A stretch of DNA of 32,000 nucleotides from Halomicrobium mukohataei DSM 12286 (lineage in GTDB: Archaea; Halobacteriota; Halobacteria; Halobacteriales; Haloarculaceae). Below the pieces are notes generated by a model that saw only the letters and a program-made list of their open reading frames with translations, was not told the origin of the DNA and searched no databases. Numbering within the stretch: position 1 is the stretch's first letter; each line of letters opens with the position of its first letter. Of the stretch, positions 26,216 to 32,000 are shown piece by piece. The translations under genes and the position numbers were made by a program. Where the stretch lies: contig NC_013201.1 of the NCBI RefSeq assembly GCF_000023965.1, forward strand, positions 30,001-62,000, read 5' to 3'.

Positions 26216-28261
26216 TCAGATCACCCTGTTCTGGAGCCGATCCCTGTGTTTGGCGTTGTACAGGAGCTTGACCCGGTCCGACGCGGGCGTCCCGATGCAG
26301 GTGAGGACCACGTCCTCCTGTTCGACCTCCTCGTCGGAGAGGATCTGTTGCAGCTCCATGTCGATCTCGCCTTCGACGACGACGGCCGCGCAGTTCGTAC
26401 ACGCCCCGGCACGACAGGAGGAGGGCCAATCGAGCCCCGCCGCCTCGGCGGCCTCGAGGACGTATTCGTCTCGCTCGACCTCGATCGTCCCGTAGTCCTC
26501 CGGCGGAAGATCGCTCGTGGCGGCCCGCGTGAACGCCTCTCCGTCTCGTGGGTCCCACCCTCGATCTGCGACGACTTCGTCGTTCAGGTACTCGACGGTC
26601 GCCGTCCGCGAGGACGACGCGGTCGAACCCCGGTCGCTCGATCGCTCCACTGCACCCCGCGAGCCCGTGAGGTGGTAGCCGCCGTTGGGGTCCGAGCGAT
26701 ACGCCACCCGGCCGTCGTCTTTCAGGTCGTCGAGGGCGTCGAGGACGGCTCCACGGCTCGCGTCGAGCGCTCGGCCCAACTCGGCGCTCGAAACCGGCGT
26801 GGTGCCCCGTCGCGATCGGTCCCTGATCGCCTCGTACACCGCCTCGGCCCCGATGCTCGACGCTCTGTGCTGGGACCCGCCGGTCTCTCGATCGCCGCTC
26901 TGGTCGGCCCTCGACACGTCGACCTCGGTCCCCCTCGCGCGCTCGACCCCGCGCCGGGTCGGCCTGTAGCCGGAGGGTCCGTCGGAGGTGTACTCGACCA
27001 GGTTCGCCTGCTTGAGTTCGTCGAGCCGATCCAGCACCGACTGTCGCCCGGCCTCGACGTGCTCTGCTATCGTCTCGCTGGACACCGTCCGCTCCCCGCT
27101 GTCGGTGAGTTCGTCGACGACTGCGAGCAGATACTCCGTCGATACGGTGTCTGTCGGTTCTGCTTGGTGCTCTGCCGTCTGCTCGTTCCGTCCCGAGTCG
27201 CTCGTCTGCTGGGTGTGGCTGTGCTGTGATTCGCTGGACTGCCCGGCCTCGTGGCGCACTCTCTCGCCGGCATCGACCGGGTCGTCGACCCGCTCTGCGA
27301 TGATCGTCGGCAGCCGTCCACCGCTCCGGACGGCGCGTAGCGCTCGCTCGAACAACTGGACGCTCTCGTATCGCGACCGCTTCTCGGTCTCCAGTGCCGT
27401 CAGCACGACCGCGTCGATGGCCTCGGTCACGTCGTCGCGGTAGTCGCTGGGCGGCGTCGGCGGGTCTCCGTAGACGATGTCGTGCATGATCCCGGTCTGA
27501 CTCCCGGTGTAGGGCGGTTCGCCGGTGAGCAGCGCGTAGACGATCGCACCGGCCTGATACACGTCCGTCAGCGTGTCGGGATCGCCGAACTCGTCGGACT
27601 CGAACTGTTCGGGCGCGGCGTACGCCACCGACAGTCCGTCCATCGTTCCGGTCTGCTCCGAGAGGACCCGAGACAGCCCCCAGTCGCCGATCTTGGGGAG
27701 GTCCCACGTCCCGGCGGCCGTCTCGCGAAAGAGGACGTTCGCCGGTTTGAGATCGAGGTGAACGATCCCGTAGGCGTGGGCGACGGCCAGGCCCCGGCAG
27801 AGACATTCGCCGATCCAGAGCGCGTGGGTCAGTTCCAGTCCGCCGTCGCTCGCGTCGAGGCGATCGGCGAGCGTGCCACCGCCCATGTACTCGATGGCGA
27901 TCCAGGGCAGCCGGTCGCCGATGTCGACGACGCCGACGATGTGGTCCGAATCCGTCCAGCGCTGCTTGTTCCGTTCCCGACCGTCGACCGTCTCCCAGCG
28001 CTTGGCTTCGCTGAGAAACCGTTCGATCGCGTCGCCGGTGAGCGTCCCGGCTCGGGGTGGCTCCTTGAGTGCGATTCTGTCCGGTGGCTCCTCGTCGGTG
28101 ACCCGTCCCTCGTACACGACGGCCTGTCCCCCTCGACCGATCGGCTCGTCGCTGGTCTCGATGTGCTCGTATCGCAGCGATCGACGCGGGGGACTGGTGA
28201 CAGCTTCGATGTCGGGTGGGTTCCGATCGCTCATCGTCTCTGCTGTCTGGCCGGATCTCAT
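26216..28261 (-). CDS. Ser/Thr kinase / two winged-helix domains / full-length halophile-type [2Fe-2S] ferredoxin fusion
   Basis: The kinase spans about 27360-28200 ([38 protein letters not shown]). wHTH-like segments lie at about 26950-27140 and 26664-26840. The ferredoxin at 26219-26602 reads [16 protein letters not shown]...[82 protein letters not shown]. This is near-collinear with my recollection of the Halobacterium ferredoxin, including its N-terminal extension. Confidence 0.9.
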   Translation of the reverse strand: MRSGQTAETMSDRNPPDIEAVTSPPRRSLRYEHIETSDEPIGRGGQAVVYEGRVTDEEPPDRIALKEPPRAGTLTGDAIERFLSEAKRWETVDGRERNKQRWTDSDHIVGVVDIGDRLPWIAIEYMGGGTLADRLDASDGGLELTHALWIGECLCRGLAVAHAYGIVHLDLKPANVLFRETAAGTWDLPKIGDWGLSRVLSEQTGTMDGLSVAYAAPEQFESDEFGDPDTLTDVYQAGAIVYALLTGEPPYTGSQTGIMHDIVYGDPPTPPSDYRDDVTEAIDAVVLTALETEKRSRYESVQLFERALRAVRSGGRLPTIIAERVDDPVDAGERVRHEAGQSSESQHSHTQQTSDSGRNEQTAEHQAEPTDTVSTEYLLAVVDELTDSGERTVSSETIAEHVEAGRQSVLDRLDELKQANLVEYTSDGPSGYRPTRRGVERARGTEVDVSRADQSGDRETGGSQHRASSIGAEAVYEAIRDRSRRGTTPVSSAELGRALDASRGAVLDALDDLKDDGRVAYRSDPNGGYHLTGSRGAVERSSDRGSTASSSRTATVEYLNDEVVADRGWDPRDGEAFTRAATSDLPPEDYGTIEVERDEYVLEAAEAAGLDWPSSCRAGACTNCAAVVVEGEIDMELQQILSDEEVEQEDVVLTCIGTPASDRVKLLYNAKHRDRLQNRVI

Positions 28262-28347
28262 TAATCCTTTTCCGGTGTCACCGGGTCTGATTCGTCAGTT
28301 CACGCTCGACTCGTAAGCTTGAATTGAACGGTTGCCAACTATCTGGT

Positions 28348-29004
28348 ATGCGTGCAACGATCCGTGCGGCCGATCCCGAGTCGACGGCGTCTCTCTCCGT
28401 CACAGACGAGTCGGCTGTACGCGTCTACCGCGTCCCCGAGCGCGGAGAGGCGGTCGTCGCCGACAAGGACGGGTCCGTCACCTCGCTGGGCGTCCACGAC
28501 ATCTCCGTGTCCCGCGAGTTCGACGACGACGGCGAGCCCGGATACATCGAGTTCTACAAGGAGGACAGCCAGCTGTACGTCCAGGACGCGGGTTCGAGCA
28601 GCGAGACGGTACAGCAAAACGCCTTCGGCGAGATCGACCTCTCCGACGGCGAGCCCTCGCTGATCACCGGCGACTGTACGGTACAGATCGGCTACAGTAC
28701 GGCACTCGAAGTCGAGGTCGAGCAGTCCCGTGGGAACGACCGTCCGATCCCGTACAAGGCCGACCTCGTGCTCAAGATCTGCGATGTCAGGTCGACCAAC
28801 GAGGTCAAGAGCGAACTGCGAGAGCTCAAAGAGATGATGCACGCGGCCGACATCTCGGACGAGCGGTACCGCAACGTCCTCGCCGACGTGGAGACGGCCT
28901 TCGAAAACGTCGAGAACACGAGAGGCGACGAGCTACCGACCGAGGCCGTCCAGAAAGTCTCCAGTGCGACCAAACGGGCTCGCAACTACTTCCTCAGTTC
29001 CTGA
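28348..29004 (+). CDS. Hypothetical protein: divergent FHA-like beta-sandwich plus helical C-terminal half
   Basis: Spacing is FHA-like: ISVSREF corresponds to VSR.HA, LYVQDAGSSSETV to the D.GS.NGT region, and LITGDCTVQIG to L..GD.I.IG. The canonical GR and the His and Asn are not conserved. ATG 28348 is preferred over TTG 28324. Confidence 0.6.
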   Translation: MRATIRAADPESTASLSVTDESAVRVYRVPERGEAVVADKDGSVTSLGVHDISVSREFDDDGEPGYIEFYKEDSQLYVQDAGSSSETVQQNAFGEIDLSDGEPSLITGDCTVQIGYSTALEVEVEQSRGNDRPIPYKADLVLKICDVRSTNEVKSELRELKEMMHAADISDERYRNVLADVETAFENVENTRGDELPTEAVQKVSSATKRARNYFLSS

Positions 29005-29007
29005 TAC

Positions 29008-29079
29008 TGCCGGCTGTACCTTCGTTTCGACATTCGCCACCTCGGGGTGGCGAAATCCGTGACAGATGTACAGCCGGTA
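29008..29079. terminator. Nested hairpin between convergent genes
   Basis: The outer stem is CCGGCTGTAC (29010-29019) pairing with GTACAGCCGG (29068-29077). The inner stem is TTCGCCACC (29033-29041) pairing with GGTGGCGAA (29046-29054), closed by a 4-nt loop. Confidence 0.4.
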
Positions 29080-29161
29080 GTGTGACGCCCCCGGTCGCTT
29101 GCTCTTCGTGCTGTCGCTCCGCCCCGTTCCCGTTCGAAAGAAGGCGCTACTGTGTGGCCGG

Positions 29162-30400
29162 TCACGCCCCGGAGCCAAACTCCCGATCCCACTCGTCGAA
29201 GCGCCGCACGCTCTCCTCGGAGAGCGAGGCCGAGGTGCGTTCGAACGCCACCTGCACGTCCTGTGGCCGGACGGCGTCGACCGAGAGGTCGTACTCTCTG
29301 ACGGCGTCGAAGCCACGGTCGGCGACGGACGCCAGTCCCGTGTTCGACCGGTTGATCATGGCGTTGACCGCGGTCCGACACACCGCCTCCACGTCACTGC
29401 CGGTGAAATCGCGGTGGATACACTCGCTTGCGATCGCCTCGACGGGCGTGTCGACGCGTCGACCAGTGTCCGACAGCTGGAACGCCGATGGACTCCCCTC
29501 GAAGGTAATCCCGCCTTCGACGGTGTTGATCGCGACGATCTCCTCGGCCGCGCCCACGTCGGGCAGCGGGATCAGCACCCGTCGCGGGAAGCGACGACGG
29601 ATCGCCTGATCGAGGTCCCACGGGGTGTTTGTCGAGCCCAGGACCATCACGAAACTATCGTCGTTCTTGTCGATCCCGTCCAGCTCCGACAGCAGCGTGT
29701 TCAACACGCGGCGAGACGTTTCGTCCAGGTCGGACTCGCGTGACTGTGTCAGCGCGTCGATCTCGTCGAGGAAGACGATACTCGGGCTCATCTCCTCGGC
29801 GAGATCGAACAGCGCGGTGATCTGCTTGCTCGTCTCGCCGAAGTACTTCGAGAGCAGCCCTCCGAGCTTGACGTCGAAGAACGTCGCGTCGAGCGAGCCG
29901 GCGACCGCAGACGCCAGCAGCGTCTTCCCGGTTCCCGGCGGGCCGAACAGGAGGACGCGATCGGTCGCGGCGACGGCGTCGGGCTTGTCGTCGATGCCGC
30001 CCAGCGTGATCGTCCGCTTCAACTCGCCTTTGACCTCGTCGAGGCCCCCGATGTCGTCCCACGTGACCTCCGTCTGGGAGATGAACGATTCGACTTGCTC
30101 ACGAAAGTCCGACTCCGGCTGTTCGGCGTCCTCTGCCCCGCCGTCGCGGTTCTCGCCGATGTCCTCTTCGGAGAGGGCCTCGCCGCTCTTTAGCTTCGAG
30201 ATCGACGACTCCAGTTGCTCTTTGCGGTCCGGATACGTCGTTTCCCGGATCGTTTCGAGCTCTTCCAACCGATCGAGAGACTGTGAGAACGCTTTCGCGG
30301 CCTTCTCGTGGTTCTCCTGATCGAGGTGTGACTTCCCCTTCTTGAGGTACTCTTCGTACTGTTCCTGTAGGATGTCCTCTTTGTACTGTCCGAGATCCAT
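29162..30400 (-). CDS. Vps4/CdvC-like AAA ATPase with an N-terminal MIT-like helical domain
   Basis: The N-terminal segment (YEEYLKKGKSHLDQENHEKAAKAFSQSLDRLEEL) looks like a three-helix MIT domain. Walker A is LLFGPPGTGKT and Walker B is IVFLDEIDAL. STNTPWDLDQAIRRRF is typical of the meiotic/Vps4 clade. The C-terminal SEESVRRFDEWDREFG resembles the Vps4 C-terminal helix. Confidence 0.85.
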   Translation of the reverse strand: MDLGQYKEDILQEQYEEYLKKGKSHLDQENHEKAAKAFSQSLDRLEELETIRETTYPDRKEQLESSISKLKSGEALSEEDIGENRDGGAEDAEQPESDFREQVESFISQTEVTWDDIGGLDEVKGELKRTITLGGIDDKPDAVAATDRVLLFGPPGTGKTLLASAVAGSLDATFFDVKLGGLLSKYFGETSKQITALFDLAEEMSPSIVFLDEIDALTQSRESDLDETSRRVLNTLLSELDGIDKNDDSFVMVLGSTNTPWDLDQAIRRRFPRRVLIPLPDVGAAEEIVAINTVEGGITFEGSPSAFQLSDTGRRVDTPVEAIASECIHRDFTGSDVEAVCRTAVNAMINRSNTGLASVADRGFDAVREYDLSVDAVRPQDVQVAFERTSASLSEESVRRFDEWDREFGSGA

Positions 30401-30436
30401 AGTTACAAAATTGGGTGACGGGACGCGGTGAGCGCG

Positions 30437-31081
30437 TTAGCGGCCCAGCTCCTCGTTGAAGATGTTCTCACTCTCGTCTTCTTCTTTCGTGAGCTCGCTC
30501 AGCGAGACCGGGTCCTCGTTGGCGTCCTGGAACAGCGTGTCGATCTCCGACTCCTCCATCGTCGCCCCGAAGTCCTGCGAGACGCTGGTGAGGGTCCGGT
30601 TGAGCTGATCGCCCTTGCGCTGGATCCACTCCGTGTCCTTGTTGCGCTTCTCGATCTCGCGGACGATGTCGTTCATGAACTCCTGTACGTCTTCCTCGCT
30701 CATGTCCCGGAGCGACGACTGGGGCTGCTCTTCGAGCCGCTTCTTGGCGTTTTTGGCAGCCAGCAGGGTGGTGTACTCTTCCAGCATCTCCTGCCACGCG
30801 GCTTCCTTGTTCTCGTAGTCCCGCTTGAGCTGCTTGGCCTTTCGCTTCAGTCGCTCTTTTTTAGGTCCGGCGACCTTTCGCCCCTTCTCGACCAGTTGCT
30901 CGAACTGGTGATCGAGCCGTTCGAGCTCCTGTTCTTTCAGCTCGATCTGCGTCTCGAAGGTTCGTGCTTCGAGGTCGAGTTCGTCGGCGTCTTTCTCCAT
31001 GAGTTCGTTCGAACTGCCGCCCCAGCTACCTGGTATCCAGTCTCTGAACTGAACCATATACGAGTACATGGTAGGCACCAT
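30437..31081 (-). CDS. Snf7/ESCRT-III-superfamily-like coiled-coil protein
   Basis: A basic helical hairpin (KKERLKRKAKQLKRDYENKEAAWQEMLEEYTTLLAAKNAKKRLE) is followed by an acidic helical tail (MSEEDVQEFMNDIVREIEKRNKD...EIDTLFQDANE). This polarity is typical of Snf7. A TATA-like TTTTATTA abuts the first ATG, so the true start may be MVQFRDW at 31057. Confidence 0.6.
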   Translation of the reverse strand: MVPTMYSYMVQFRDWIPGSWGGSSNELMEKDADELDLEARTFETQIELKEQELERLDHQFEQLVEKGRKVAGPKKERLKRKAKQLKRDYENKEAAWQEMLEEYTTLLAAKNAKKRLEEQPQSSLRDMSEEDVQEFMNDIVREIEKRNKDTEWIQRKGDQLNRTLTSVSQDFGATMEESEIDTLFQDANEDPVSLSELTKEEDESENIFNEELGR

Positions 31082-31136
31082 AATAAAACTTTGGCACTAA
31101 ACCCACTCTACTGGATCTCCATATTGGAGAAAGCTG

Positions 31137-31805
31137 CTACGAAAACTCGACGGTCTCGTCGTCGCCGTCTTCGCTCAGTACGTCGGATTCCGTTTCGATG
31201 TTCCCCACCTCTGTGGGCTCTTCGCTCACTTCTTCGTCGGTCTCGGATGTGTCGTCGCTCCACTCCTCTTCGAGTTCGGAGCCGGTGTGGAGCTGGCTCG
31301 CGCCCTCACTGAACGAGTCCAGTGCGTTCGAAGAGAGCGTATCCGTCTGACCGAGCACGTCGTGTAGCTCCTCGTTTTTCATCTCCTCTTGCTGGAACAG
31401 TCGGACCAGTTCGCTCTGGTCCATCTCCCGGAGCTGGCTCCAGTAGTCGTCGCCCCGGCTCTCGCCGATCTCCTTGATGTTCGCCAGGTTCGAGGCCAGA
31501 TTCCGCTGTTTGCTCGTCTCGTCGATCCGCCCTCTTACGGTTTCGAGCTCTTCTTTGATCTCTTCTGCGTCGCGAAGGAAGTCCTGTGCTCGCTCTTCGT
31601 TACCGGCTTCCTTCGCCGACTCGTACTTCGAGCGCTTGTCATCGAGCGCTTCTTTCAGCTCCTCTCGGCGACTCTTGAGATCGTCTAGCTTCCGTTCGGC
31701 TTCCTGTCGCTTGACCTGATGGTCCTCCTTCGGACGATCGAGCAGGTGGCCGTCGTCACTGTCGCCAAACAGTGAGCCGAACCACGACTTCACGGTAGCA
31801 AACAT
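31137..31805 (-). CDS. Snf7/ESCRT-III-superfamily-like coiled-coil protein (paralog-like)
   Basis: The N-terminus MFATVKSWFGSLFG resembles that of the neighbouring gene (VQFRDWIPGSWGG). A long charged coiled coil is followed by a very acidic tail. The gene is first in a same-strand three-gene cluster ending with the Vps4-like ATPase. Confidence 0.55.
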   Translation of the reverse strand: MFATVKSWFGSLFGDSDDGHLLDRPKEDHQVKRQEAERKLDDLKSRREELKEALDDKRSKYESAKEAGNEERAQDFLRDAEEIKEELETVRGRIDETSKQRNLASNLANIKEIGESRGDDYWSQLREMDQSELVRLFQQEEMKNEELHDVLGQTDTLSSNALDSFSEGASQLHTGSELEEEWSDDTSETDEEVSEEPTEVGNIETESDVLSEDGDDETVEFS

Positions 31806-31830
31806 AGTTGCTATCTTTGGTCACAGGTGC

Positions 31831-31836
31831 ATAAAT
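31831..31836 (-). promoter_or_regulatory. Candidate TATA box of the Snf7-like/Vps4-like operon
   Basis: The minus strand reads ATTTAT, 26-31 nt upstream of the ATG at 31805. That spacing fits a leaderless transcript. Confidence 0.4.
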
Positions 31837-32000
31837 GTGCGTGCAAGTAGCTATCACGCGATGACGGCCGTCTCGGAGACGGCGGCCCGGGGCTCTTCGC
31901 ACAGCGCGCGAGCTGCCCGACTCCCGGGTCGACTCCGCGACGGACGCCGCCGTCTGTCCCGGAGTGTGACATCGACGGTACGCTGCTGGCGCGATCACCG

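Noticed and set aside
24185-27806. 658-aa (24185-26161) and 553-aa (26145-27806) minus-strand ORFs
   Set aside because: They are out-of-frame, extremely Arg-rich shadows overlapping the PiT transporter and the kinase-ferredoxin gene, both of which have unambiguous signatures.
28332-29609. 425-aa plus-strand ORF
   Set aside because: It is an Arg-rich frame running through the FHA-like gene, the convergent gap and the antisense of the Vps4-like gene. It has no motifs and is inconsistent with the hairpin at 29008-29079.
31851-32000. HAD-hydrolase-like motif CDIDGTLL (31965-31988) at the window edge
   Set aside because: That frame is open only from 31851 and contains no ATG, GTG or TTG before the motif. 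The preceding residues are Pro/Arg-rich. The evidence is too short and too close to the edge to support a gene.
1-32000. tRNA, rRNA and cas genes
   Set aside because: I scanned the non-coding gaps (4850-5032, 7290-7887, 10663-11674, 17227-17475, 31806-32000) by eye for cloverleaf-like or rRNA-like sequence, and all ORFs for Cas signatures. I found none, though without a covariance-model search small RNAs cannot be excluded.

Overview
GC-rich window whose predicted proteins are strongly acidic. The CRISPR repeat, the IS type and a halophile-type ferredoxin all point to a haloarchaeal accessory or secondary-replicon region. From left to right it contains the following. (1) The 3' part of one ORF fusing an Hsp70 substrate-binding domain, a GrpE-like domain and a Hanks-type Ser/Thr kinase. 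(2) A minus-strand type I-B-like CRISPR array of 45 repeats plus 1 degenerate repeat, with no cas gene anywhere in the window. Its leader is cut 183 nt from the first repeat by a decayed IS1595-family element. (3) A debris zone holding a frameshifted transposase, a possible phosphoesterase pseudogene, an intact vapBC pair, a small acidic ORF and a second, inverted IS fragment. (4) An orc1/cdc6 gene surrounded by 13 ORB-like repeats, with an AT-rich unwinding region bracketed by inverted ORBs. (5) A dense signalling block. It comprises a HEAT-repeat-array kinase divergent from a kinase-PQQ-propeller gene, then a translationally coupled CbbQ/NorQ-type AAA+ / HExxH-VWA / 1485-aa HEAT-protein operon. 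After that come a PiT phosphate transporter, a kinase fused to two winged-helix domains and a complete 2Fe-2S ferredoxin, an FHA-like protein, and an operon of two Snf7/ESCRT-III-like proteins plus a Vps4-like MIT-AAA ATPase. The best candidates for an undescribed system are the four paralogous 'DWG' kinases, each fused to a different module, together with the AAA+/VWA/HEAT operon and the ESCRT-like module. All functional calls rest on motif recognition by eye; no database search was run.
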